Source of the DNA: Antedon mediterranea
Lineage: Eukaryota; Animalia; Echinodermata
Assembly: GCF_964355755.1 (NCBI RefSeq)
Contig: NC_092673.1
Location: 12,558,948-12,622,947, forward strand
DNA length: 64,000 bases
Direction: 5' to 3'
Below, in pieces: positions 1 to 12,387 of this stretch. Positions within the stretch are counted from its first letter, which is position 1, and every line of letters starts with the position of its first letter. Both the position numbers and the translations under genes were made by a program. The notes beneath the pieces were generated by a model. It ran no database searches. It had not been told where the DNA came from and was given only the letters and a program-made list of their open reading frames with translations.

Positions 1-400
1 AGACATACGAAATGCAGTTGCCAATTTCCTCATAGAACATTATAGGGAAGAATGGGAGGTGTGGAATTATGTTATTATAATATAACTAATATATTTATTA
101 ATTAAATATGTTCATTAAAAACAACATTAGCTTAATCACAAAACACTACAGCACTAACACTAAAACAGTATCTAACATCAAATTCTGAATCCAATTCAAT
201 TTTGGTTTATTATATTTTGTGCTTTTACCCCTTTTAAATAGGAAAGAGCAGCACATGACATTCATGATTTAAACATAAGCTGGGATTCATATTTAAAAGA
301 GTGCAAACTCCTGGTGTATGGGGTGATCAGATTGCATTAACAGCTGCAGCCTGGATGCTTCAGACAAACATTGAAATAGTTTCAGCCAAAAATGTACCTA
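1..400 (+). pseudogene. Spliced OTU-like cysteine protease relic (probably TE cargo)
   Basis: The exon from ~241 reads ...ISWDSYLKR/VQTPGVWGDQIALTAAAWMLQTNIEIVS, matching the OTU pattern Y...G.WG..(I/E).L.A.A..L...I.I.S. It has an AG acceptor at ~239-241 and a frameshift near 299. Confidence 0.6.
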
Positions 401-1926
401 CGCCGCTGTCAAAAAGGTCGGGCAAACAGAAAGTTCTAACAGCCAGAATGAACATTTTGCACTTTTTTTTTTCAGGAAGCACACGTAAACAAATGGGAGA
501 ACACAATTGAAGACAATAATGGCCAGTTAAGTTGGCTACAAGACGAAATGGAATTAAACAAATGAAATATCACTACTTCAGTGGCATAAAATTCTCCTGT
601 TCTACTATACACTAACCAATACGGTAATTCGCAAATGTATACGTATTTTTTTTAGGATGCACAACAACAAAATGGGAACACCATAATAACTAATAAAGAC
701 ATTGATGAACAGGTAATGTCAGCTACAAAATATTAAAATCCAACTTATTTTCTAGGTTTAGCCTGCCTTTCAATCCAAGGCTACATTAATTACTAATTTC
801 ATTGTACACTTTTTATTATTATTGGGGAGAAAAATAATATATTTTGTGATAAAAATAAAACAATACTTAACTGAGTTTGTCTACTCCCCAGGATGACTAC
901 ACTATAGTACCTTTGAATTAAGCTTTCCCGACCTCAAAAAGGTTATCTATATAGCTTGGCGTGCAAGGCCTTCGCTCCCGTTGGGAATCAGGCTTCTCCG
1001 TCAGGCTATTCCTCACGCACACACTACAGAAAATATAAAATATTTATTATGTTATAAATCCATGCTGATGCACTGTACTTAAATTTTTTTTCAACGTAGA
1101 TTGATGATATTTCGGCATACCTTTTGCAAGTGATGGCAGAGAATGTGCCTGATGCAAAGGAAGTAAAACCATTACTCTAAAAAATGATACAAAATAAAAA
1201 TCTACACGCATTATATTATAATGATTATAAATGAAACATAAGCTGGGTTAAATGAATTACTCATTAGCAATTTACAAACTAATGTATACAGTATTTCTTT
1301 CTGAAGAAAACGGCACCAAAATTATTTCGGTAATCCAGAAAGATTTCTTCTGAACGTAGAACGAGACCGATTGGGGTTTGGATCAACGTTCATAGATGAT
1401 GAAGTAAGTGAACATAATATTTTCAGGAAAAGCAATTAAACAATTTAATGCATTGTGATGTGATATGTCCCGACGTTTAAATAATTTTTATATTTCTCTG
1501 TTTTACATATAGGGTCTCTATCACTTAATGGTATAATTAAACAACAAAATGACATACAACACGTGGCAAGACCCAAGGTAGAAAAAATATGAGGCAAAAG
1601 CATGATAAGCAAGCAGCATTTTTTGTAAGAAATATTTCTTGTTCACTTTTTCTTTTATAGAAATACCAGCAATTATATGCGATGCGAAAGAAGGCATTAT
1701 TTATCTTGTCCAAAAAAATGTGGATGCGGCCTGTAGAGCCACAGAATTCAGTCGCCGGGAATTCATCAGATCGCATAAGGCATGGAATCGTCAATTTCCT
1801 TTAAACTTACGAATGTTGAGTCTTCCGGTTGATCTGGTTTTTTTTTAATTACATTATTTTTTTGTAAATACTTTTTTCAACAAATTTTTGGTCAAAGGTA
1901 ATAGCTATCATGTGACATTCATATCA

Positions 1927-4900
1927 TAGTGTAGGCCACTATGTAATTTCGTGTCATTTTTTTGTTAAAAGCAAAATTCCAGCTGATTTAGTGTCTTTAG
2001 GATGTAAAGTAATGAAAAAAATATGTTGCCATTTTTTTAAAAAAGCTTAGGGGTGTCAAATCCAAGATGGCCGCCAATACGTAAAATATCCAATAAATGT
2101 ACCATATTGGACAAAGTAACACCCATTATGAATAATATTTTAAGTTCATATGGGTTCTCTGCTATATAAGAATTATTATAAACCTATATTCATTAGTATT
2201 CTGACATTTTGAATTTCAAAATGGCCGCCATTTTTTAAAAATGGATTAAATTTCTTATTAAAACATGTGCAAGCTATGACGTTGATTGAAATCACATAAA
2301 ATGATAGGCCTATGACAACAAAATTTGTGATTAACACAAAATGGCGGCCAATTTGAATTTTAAAATGGCCGCCATTTTTTTAAAATGGGTTAAATTTCTT
2401 ATTAAAACTTGTATAAGTTAAATAAAATTAGATTGAAATATACAAAATGATATGCTTATGACAACAACATGGTGATCAACACAAAATGTTGACCATCAGG
2501 AGGTCTACTGTACTGACAGTACACTTCTTTATATTAAAATAAAACATCTCATAAACTTTTTCAGTTAAATGACAACTAACTCTGCCAAAGTCCTTCAATG
2601 AAATATTTCTAATCTTGAATGCGATAAAGTAAGTTGTTCTCTACTACTGTATCCATCAAACTTCCACAGACTGATCTGCGTTCCCAACAACCTTGTTCAG
2701 AAACAAATTGGCAAAATAACTGAAATACCTCATTTCACCGGCAAATAATCTCTATAGGAGTCTTCTTTTACTTTGATAAGTTTGTCACCTGTATTCACCG
2801 TCATATATATTTTTTGCCAATATTCGTCTTTTTCTTAGGATCCCATATAGACAGTTTGCCTTCTACAAGACTTTTACCAATGCCTCAAACATTTTCTGTC
2901 CAATTTCATCATGCCATGGCCAACAAACACCTTTGTGCGAATTGCAGCATACCACGCTCAAAGACCCTGATCAATTGATGTAAATCCAGCAAGTCCCACA
3001 CATACATGTCCTCTCATATACATATATAGGGATATAGTTTAACCACATCATTTAGATTTCGTCGACTCTCTGTATGTATTCAAATTAATATCTTTATGAT
3101 CAGCCTCTTTCAAACAAAATGATACTTAACTTAGAATCTCTTTTTCCGTCTGCATTTGTAGAAGCAAGTTGTAGAGAGAAAGCAGAATTAGTGTGCTTTT
3201 GTCCATTTAAGATATTTGTGTCACTGGTTGTATATGTAATACAAGTTCAGTTTCAACAAAAGCACTTGCCTCAACACTATTTTCACAATCCACTCATCTC
3301 GGGCAAGAGTCATCACCAGGCATTCTTGTCTTTCCTTAGTACATGAGTTTTTATACCACAACCATGTGCACTCATCAAACCAGTGTATAATGCTATAGGG
3401 GGTACATATCTAATGAAATTGGTTGAGATTGTAGAAGATGAGAAGTAGGAATTCATTCATTTACAAGGTTATTTATAGGCAGAGCTGTATCTGTATTTCC
3501 TTCAAGCTTCTGCCAAAAGTTGACCGGTTGAAAACTTACCAACCATACTGGCCCTGAAGGTTCAGACATTGAATTACATAGCAATAACGCATTTATTATT
3601 TAACATATTTATACAGGATTTCACAATAAGGTATAAATGCACTTGTTTTATATTGTGGTCCTGTCTCCTGTCAAGTTTCAGTTTCATGAAAAGAAATGAG
3701 ATCTGTAATTTAGAATCTACCGTATATTTCGGTGTATAAGTCGCACCTGTGTATAAAACGCACCCCCAACTGAGAGTAAAATATCGGTATTTTCTATATC
3801 GTCGATGTATAAGACGCACCTTATATTTCATCAAAACAATGTTTTTTTTAATTGTAATCAATATTATTGTAATAATATATTTTGTTATATCTACAACGGC
3901 GTCCTTTATTTAGGTTTTTTCTTACCTAGGCTCGGCCGCGCCCAGCCTCAACAAGTTCTTTCTAACTTGTTTAAATTCATGAGTTTCGCCGCAACATCGA
4001 GTGCATGACCGTGTGTGTAACACGCACGTGTGAGGGCTAGCCTCGCTCGATCATTTCGAGAGGGCGCACGTTTTCACGGACAATCGTATTCGATTAGTAT
4101 CTATGTATCCGAGAAGTGTGTACGCTAGGTCCATGCTATAATCACCTGGAGAATATACTAGTCGAATACCGTACATCATGTGCCACCAAAAGAAGGGCTT
4201 GCGCTTGGAGTACGGCGATCGTGCGTATAACTACTGTATAAATAAATACTATTCCAATCGTACGACGTAAACGTTTACAAATGGAATTTTATCGGAGCGC
4301 CATAATGAACAAATCTTTTCATCATATTTAGTATAACATCATGCTAAAATGACTTGAAAACTAGGCCTAGGCAGAAGCAGGTTGCCGTTACGTTAGTTAG
4401 TTACTGTAGCTAGGCCTAGCCTACTCAGGCTGAGCTCAGGCCTAGCAAACGAGGTGACGATAGCCTAGTAGGCCTATGTACAATCTGTGTGGTGAGAGGC
4501 ATTTATGTTCGGTGTATAAGACGCACCCTTAATTTAGAGGTCAAATTTGCGTGTCAAAAGTGCGACTTATACACCGAAATATACGGTATATATAAATTAT
4601 GGTTACTTCTGACATAGGCGAGCACAATGGAAAAACTTTGGAACAAATTTCTGCCTTGGATACCTACCTGAACTATCTCAGGTGTACCGCGAAATGTAAA
4701 ACAGTTTTCACTATTACGATATTGTTCCATATTTCTATCTTAGGAATATATTATAAAGAGTTTTAAAACAAAATTTCTGATTCATCGGTAGATTTTCAAC
4801 TCAATTTCAATTGTACGCGGTCAAAGTAATTTCCGGGTTCACGATGAGTTCACAGGTTCACCTTGCAACTACCTGGTTTCAGTTAAGTTGGTCGTTAGTA

Positions 4901-6280
4901 GCTATTTTAGTTTTTTTTTTATTTTCGGATCGGACCGCCCGTGTGAAGGTACAGTAGTTAAAAAATAAAATCCCGATAGCCGAGTTTTATTGAGTAAGCT
5001 GGCAGGAATAACTGTAGGCTATCTGTGTCCCATTAGGGCCCATATTGCAAGCCGTCTAAAACATCTTCCTTCTTGGGCTGAAACGGCCTACACTGTCGCG
5101 GAAGTTAGTTTCAAAAGATGTTTAAATTAAATAATGTATTATGATGTTATTTATTTGAATAAACACCTCCCCAATAAAACATCACTTTAAATAATAATCG
5201 CCTACACCCCCCCCCCCCCCTCACCTACCCAACTATCTAATAAACGCCCATCCACATTAATTATACCTACAATATTGTATATACTATTTATAATAGAATT
5301 CATTACACTGTTAACTATAATTTACCAAGCATTTGTTATAATTTTTTACCACTTTTCATATCTATTAGAGGATTTTATTTGATTATGAATGTTACGATAT
5401 TATTAAAAAAACTAAAAAATCCCTCGAATAAGCATCTCCCTCAAATGAACTCTGCCTCCACCTCCGCCCTATACAACAATAAACACTATACTTTAAAATG
5501 TTATCAATCATCTAAGACACTGTGAAACAGAGTAGGTTTAGTTTTTCGAATGTCAAGCATTTTCAATAATGGTAACCGACAGAAAACGTACAAGGAGAAC
5601 GTCCTTCTAAAACCTTTTTACCCGAGTCATTATCCTTCCGAGAACCTTCGTTTACACTTCCTAGAGGGGAGCGAACGAACTAGAGGTCTAACCCTCTAGT
5701 TAGACGTAATTGTTGTTGAATATTTGATATAAATTGTTAATTTGTTCCATACTTTTGCAACTCCAACTTTGAACGATTACTTAATTTAATAGTCATAGTG
5801 GGGTATTATATATCTGTTATATAGAGAGAGGACATTGACAACTTTAGACTTATATTTACAATTTTTAATCCTGTGAGAAGTGACAATTTTAGAACATTGT
5901 GTACAAACAACAATTTATGCACACATATTTAAAAAAAATTATTTAAAGAATTTAATTTTTAGTGGTGGCCATTTTGAAATCCAAGATGGCCGACAGATTA
6001 TCACTTTACACAGTTAGGATTGTATAATGGCTACAGTAATACCATCAAAACGGACTTTTTCCACATTCATAATATGTATTATTGGTGATATTCTGATTTT
6101 TAATAGGGTTATTTGAATGTTGGTGGCCATCTTGAATTTGGTCCTTTAAATGTCTTTTGAAAAAATGGCAACATATTTTTTTTCATTCCTTATATTATCA
6201 AGATATGAAATAAAGTCAAAGTTTGCTTTTAACAAAAAATATACACGACATTCATATAAACGACATACCAGCCTACACTA
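1927..6280 (-). mobile_element. Academ-like DNA transposon, non-autonomous and decayed
   Basis: Ends TAGTGTAGGC (1927) and GCCTACACTA (6271-6280) with a 3-bp TSD TCA. Imperfect inverted similarity continues for ~150 bp (AAAAAATATGTTGCCATTTTTT; CAAGATGGCC). A decayed minus-strand peptide near 2830-2910 reads EIGQKMFEALVKVLVEGKLSIWDPKKK. TAG termini with 3-4 bp TSDs are typical of Academ. Confidence 0.75.
3720..4586. mobile_element. Tc1/mariner (Tc2/pogo-like) MITE nested in the Academ element
   Basis: Perfect 27-bp TIR CCGTATATTTCGGTGTATAAGTCGCAC, TA on both sides (3718-19, 4587-88), and internal GTATAAGACGCACC subterminal repeats. Confidence 0.9.
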
Positions 6281-8377
6281 TCATGTCACAAAACAAAATA
6301 TGTTTTAAGTTGTTAGTATTTCAATAAAAATTATTACTATTTACTTTTTAATAAAGGGTATGGGGTGCGCATTGAGTGGGAGTTATATTTTTAACATAAC
6401 ATTTAGGTCAAATATATATATATATATATGAAACTCAATAATGCGTGTGTAAACAGGTAAATAGCCTTCTTGATTATTTATTTAGCTTGTATACATTAAT
6501 TACTTGTATAATTTTTGAAAGCCATTATATTTAGAATTTTTCATGTTTGATTTTGATAACGTATTCATTCAAATAAATAGAACATATAATATGGGTATTG
6601 CAATTTCACCTATGCTACACTATACTGTACTCTACTGTACATACTCAGCACATCAGACCATAGGCTAGGATGGATCAGCTGTTTGCATTCGTAACGTCCG
6701 TCCGTGCATGTTTTGTTTATTTGATACGAGCCAATCATTAAAATATATTGGTGGTATAGCTTGTGTAAAGATCACATAATAATCAGTAGATTCGTAAAAA
6801 TTAAACAATATCTTCTTGTAAAAGATTTTCTTGCAAACTTAAATATTATTTTATTTAAAATAAATTTTCTACTTTCTGAATATTTACACCCTTACGCAAT
6901 TGCTTCTTAGTCCCATCTGTGTGTTAGTTACTTTGTAATAGTTAATATTATATTATTATGGCTTCCCAACAATTTTCAATTACGGTAATAATTACTTCTT
7001 GGTTTTGACTTTTTCATTTACTTTAATTTAATCATCATTTATGACATATTTTAATGTTATAAACTCAGAAAAAATAATGCTTAGCTTTAATTTTAAATTA
7101 AAGAAATAAATGTTTAGTTTAGTAATACGTACATGTAGTAATATATTTGTAAATAAATAAAACATTATAGACTCCAAATTGACATATTAGTATTATTAGT
7201 GGTTTTTTTTCTAATATTCATATACGGCCTAACATTTTTTTTAAAGTAATATACAGTAATATGCATTATTTCAAAAAGTTTCATTTATTTGCCAAGCAAG
7301 GGCTTAAATTGTTTATATTGTTGCATGGCCCAAAAAAATTAGAAAAAGAACTTAATTTTACAATAGTACCTAATTTGCCCCCTTTAGACGCCAATTAATA
7401 TGTGATTTGGCGTGAAAGGCACTACTATGTCTAGGCATACTTTTCTAAACTTACCAGCTTATATTCAGCCAAGGTGCCCAGGTGGTACGCCGTACACAGA
7501 ATCAGTTCGTTGACGCACACGTGAGGTAATAACAATGACATACATACATAGTCCTGTGTGTGTGTACAAACAAGTTTACAACAGGCAATACCCTCTTGTT
7601 CTTCTTCAAGCATAGCTGGCTGAAACACTCAAGGAAGTAGTAAAGTGTATACATGAACTAGAGGCCTATATAATTAACTTCTTGCGAATTCTGGTTGATG
7701 GACACATAATAGACTGCATGACTGTAAATACAGTGTAATTTGTCATGCTGGTCTCTTTAAGTCTAGGCCTAAAACCATAATGGTTCGCCTTTAATCGCCT
7801 CTGCCTCATCAAAAATCTCCAGCGCAGTCAGTGGGTACGGTGTGACTGTGATGGGGAGGGCATAAATCATGTAAGTTGGTGGATAAGTTGTCTATGGGCG
7901 GCTATCGACCATAATAAGTGAACGTTTTGTTGGCTTGTTTTGGCTTTGTGGCTTCATTAAAATCAGGCTTGTTACGTTTTGTATAGGCCATATTGTTTTT
8001 GAAACAATTTCCATATTCGATTTATTATGTGTCATGATGTATAAAACACAGAAATAAGACATTTATTTATGAGTTTGCTATTTTGTAAAATGTTTTTTTC
8101 TCTCTTTGGTTTGGAGGATACGCCCCACATTTATTCTTTACATTTACATTTATTGAACGTTGAAATATCTTTGATATTTTATACACATTATATTTTTGTA
8201 TAAAATGTATAATACAATTATAAATTAATTTTAATTATTTCAACTTTAATATTCTTTGCTTCTAATACTTTCTTACATATAAAAACAATGTTGATGCAAC
8301 TTGAACAGTTATGTGACAGTTCATAGAAACTTTCTTCAGACTACTTGGATCGCTTTTATAATATTCTTTACATTATC

Positions 8378-8397
8378 CAGGGAGTTGCAACTCCCTG
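8378..8397. mobile_element. 20-bp perfect palindrome resembling fused hAT TIRs, with a 7-bp TSD
   Basis: CAGGGAGTTG-CAACTCCCTG is flanked by CATTATC at 8371-8377 and 8398-8404. Confidence 0.65.
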
Positions 8398-9672
8398 CAT
8401 TATCTATTTCAGTTTTACCTTTTTTGTATAAATCGTTTCGACCAAATTTTCCAGCTTTAAACTAACATACATGTTAAAATTTAGTGCAACAAAATGTAAA
8501 GGTGATTACAGGTGAACAATTAAACAAAATTGGCAAACTTTAACTTAGGCATAATAGTGGGTAGACTTTATTGAACCATGATAGTTTATGTAATTCAAAG
8601 CCTAATTGACGTTTTCCGACTTTGCCCCTCAGGCCTATACCCTTTTTACACTATCGACTGAGAGAGGAACACGGGGAGGAACACGAGTTGAACTCGGAGG
8701 TAATTTCCATTTACACTAGCCAAAAAAACTGCGAGATGAACTCGAGTTGCGCCCATTTACACTACATCGATCACCCCGGTGCTGTCAACAATCAAATCAC
8801 TATTGCAAGCGCACAAGTGGAACTTAACTGACTATGGTTTAAACGTTTAAACACTGGAACATATCGACAAATCTCATATAAAAACATAATAATCCGAATT
8901 TACACACAATTTATTTAATTTTGAAGTAGTCCAGTGTTATATTTTCTTTGTGGCTATTAAGATTATCATTTATTATTTTAAAAATTAGGGCCTAACAATT
9001 ATTTTTCTTTTTAAAATGACTTCATTTCCGCCTTGTAGACTGTACGTACATTAAATAGGCCTTAAATTGTTAGGTTGGCGTAAAAATAGGGTAGGGTACG
9101 GTAAGTATTTAAAATAAAAAATGTATTTGTTAATTAGCATAACAATGTATCAATGCAGGAAAATTATTATATGGTACTTTTTCAGTTCATAAAAAAGATA
9201 TCATTTTCATCCATTGAGACGTCAGTATTATTTATTTTCCCTTTTTCAATAATTAAGCCTACATAGAATCGGCCAGGGTAGAGTTACACCAATATCAAAT
9301 TATTTTAGGCTTTCTGGTAAGGTAGAATGCACACAAACAATTTCAATATTTTCAGCAGAAAAGAAAAGTCACAAATGTGTTTGTGCCTTTAAAAGAAAAT
9401 AACGAACAGCACATTATATCGTACAATTATTGTTCTAAGCAAAAAAGGTATATTTTAAGCACAAAAAAAACTATTTTGTTTGCATAATATATTGTATTTC
9501 TGTGGCAACATTTTACATTTTCACGTCAGTGACCTTTAACAGCTTGGGGTTGAACCACAAAAACCGTTTACACTTCGTGTCTCCGACTACACCGGAGAGG
9601 TACACCGGAATACATTCAGCTTCGTTTCACCCCGGGGAGAGCACACCGGGGTGGTTGGATTTTCCCATTTAC

Positions 9673-11516
9673 CAGGGGTGGCGCCAGGATCTTCCCGACG
9701 CGGGGGCTACATTCCCCGACGAGGGGGCTATGCGAACGAAGCGAGCATCACAAGGCTGGGGGCCAGGGGGCCGCCAAGGGCTTCGCCCCCGGAAGCAACG
9801 CGTTCTAGCGTCATTTGAGGTCATTTTAATCAGATTTTTTTCCATTTTTTATAATGCATAAATAAAATACTGCGTGCAAAAAAACGGAGCGCGATGACTG
9901 TTTCAATCCATATTTTTCAATTTAAAAAATAAAAGTTCAAAGAAAATTTAGAAAAATAGAATTGGAGGTCCTGGAAATTGGACTTATTATACTTCAAAAC
10001 ATGAAACAAAATATATAAGTCCCTATCATGGTTGTGACTGAGCTAAGAAATGTTTGAAAAATAGAGATGTTAGGTCCCGGAAAATGCACTTCTTGTACTT
10101 CGAAATATGACCAGCTTTATTGTTGGGGCTGAGCTAAGAAAATGTTTAAAACTAGAGCTGCATTTTATACTTTGGAAACATCAGGCACAGAGGCTTAAAA
10201 AACGCAAGCGTAGACCTTTTCAGTCGGGGAAATAAGTTTATTCCTCCCAAGTGTATGCCTGCGTACCATCTGGACTTCCGAGTGGTGAGAAATTCATGAC
10301 ATACAGGACATTGAAAATGTAATAACTTAGCTATAATAAGATGTTGGCTAAGCGAAAATGGCATGTTTTTTTGTTTAGTAATGGATGAAATATTTATTTT
10401 AGGTGCCCCACGGTACAGAAGGTTACTTGTAAATTAAAAAGTTGGTGAACATACGAACAATTAACATAATTCGTTTTTGCTGTAGTGTAGCGTACGTGAC
10501 ACAGTACACGACGTAACCGTCGGTAAACTTCGCCTGGAAAATAACTACAGTACACATTTTGGTCCCTGGATGGAACATGATATCACGACCCAACGTTGAA
10601 CGATTCGTACAAAGGGATACCGCCAGACAAGTGCGTACCTATAGCTATTGTTTAGTAGTAAGTTAGATCGCTGGCGATAATGAATGCATATAAAGTGCAT
10701 AATATCACTCTGACGTACTCTCACGGTCAATGAAACGTCGAGGTTTTCTAGGCGCTGAAGCTACGAAGTGAACGCGAACGAATTATATTCCCCGACAAAA
10801 AGTACCCGAACCGTCGGTAAACTTCGCCTGGAAAATAACTACATTACACATTTTGGTCCCTGGATGGAACTTGATATCACCCGTCTCGACCCAACGTTGA
10901 ACGATTCGTACAAAGGGATACCGCCAGACAAGTGCGTACCTAGCTAATGTTTAGTAGTAAGTTAGATCGCTGGCAATAATGAATGCATATAAATTGCATA
11001 ATATCACTCTGACGTACTCTCACGGTCAATGAAACGTCGCGGTTTTCTAGGCGCTGAAGCTACCAAGTGAACGCGAACGTTTTTTACTGTATATTATATT
11101 CCCCGACAAAAAGTACCCGTGTTCACTTCGGTAACCGTCGGTAAACTTTGCCTGGAAAATAACTACATTACACATTTTGGTCCCTGGATGTAACATGATA
11201 TCACGCGTCTCGACCCAACGGTGAACGATTCGTACAAAGGGATACCGCCAAACAAGTGCGTACTAGCTATTGTTTAGTAGTTAGATCTCTGGCAATAATG
11301 AATGCATAAAAGTGCATAATAGCCCTCTGACGTACTCTCACGGTCAATGGAACGTCGTGGTTTTCTAGGCGCTGAAGCTATATGAAGTGAACGCGAACGT
11401 TTTTTACTGTATATTATATTCCCCGACAAAAAGTACCCGCGTTCCCCGACGGGGGGGCTAGGCTCCCCGACGAGGGGGCTAGAGCCCCCGTAGCCCCCCC
11501 GCTGGCGCCACCACTG
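9673..11516. mobile_element. hAT MITE nested in the 8640-11623 element
   Basis: TIR CAGGGGTGGCGCCAG / CTGGCGCCACCACTG, perfect 8-bp TSD CCATTTAC (9665-72, 11517-24), and CCCCGACGAGGGGGCTA subterminal repeats at both ends. Confidence 0.9.
10515..11440. repeat. Three tandem ~300-bp units inside the hAT MITE
   Basis: Units begin AACCGTCGGTAAACTT at 10515, 10809 and 11133 and are highly similar apart from small indels. Confidence 0.9.
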
Positions 11517-12387
11517 CCATTTACGCCAGTCAATAAAAACCACAACACCGGCGCGTTATTAACGGCCCGGTGTACTAACAACTGCGGGGTTACACCGCTG
11601 TTACGGTGATAGTGTAAAAGGGGTAGTGAGACTTTCAGCTAACAAGTGTCTATAAATTAATATCAAAGATTTGTTTGTTTGAACGCACGTTTAAACATTT
11701 TGTTATTGTTTTCGAATACATTTCTAACATGTTGTTGCATGAATAACATCACAGAAAAAAAAGATTAAAAGATCAAAATATTAGACCACCGATATGGAGA
11801 GCAGGCAAATACTACGGTATATTTCAAAGATGTTTACTGATCCAATAATTAAAACAGATGGAGAAGACAAATACACATCATTTCAAGAATTAGGATATCA
11901 TTTCAAAAATTCCAGATACTCGTATATAAAGTATAAAAGGGGAAATTGGTAAGACAACCTTACCTCAATATTTATCTTATAACTGGGCGACCGATTCCGA
12001 TACTCTACGTTTGCTGATAAAATATTGTTTCTTGTAAACGTAAGAGAAATTGAGGCAGATCAAACCATCACATACTCGATGATAGATGGATTCGATGAGT
12101 TAAAATCTGGGATAGATAATAAAATGATATTTAAAAGAGGGGTGGGACTATTAGAGATACTGGAAGACATAACAATTATTCTGACTTCACCACCTGGTTT
12201 TACTTAAAAGCTTACATAATTGTGTTCATGTACACGTGAAAGTAAAAGGCTTCGATACAAAAGAATAAAACTCTATAATAAAAGAAATTTTAAATCTATT
12301 GGAAAGTCTGAACTAGGTCATTCATTAATTGAAAAGTTTAAGCTTACTTCTCTTGATATGGATATGACGTGTGGTGAACTCAAAAAC

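Larger units (their letters stand above)
8640..11623. mobile_element. Non-autonomous TIR element (superfamily uncertain)
   Basis: Left end CCCTTTTTACACTATC and right end GATAGTGTAAAAGGGG (1 mismatch), with TA on both sides. Internal CCATTTACAC and CACCGG repeats. Confidence 0.7.

Noticed and set aside
7376-8630. Possible additional Helentron-like or TIR element
   Set aside because: A hairpin-like start and TTTGCCCC at both ends were noticed, but no consistent termini or TSD could be established.
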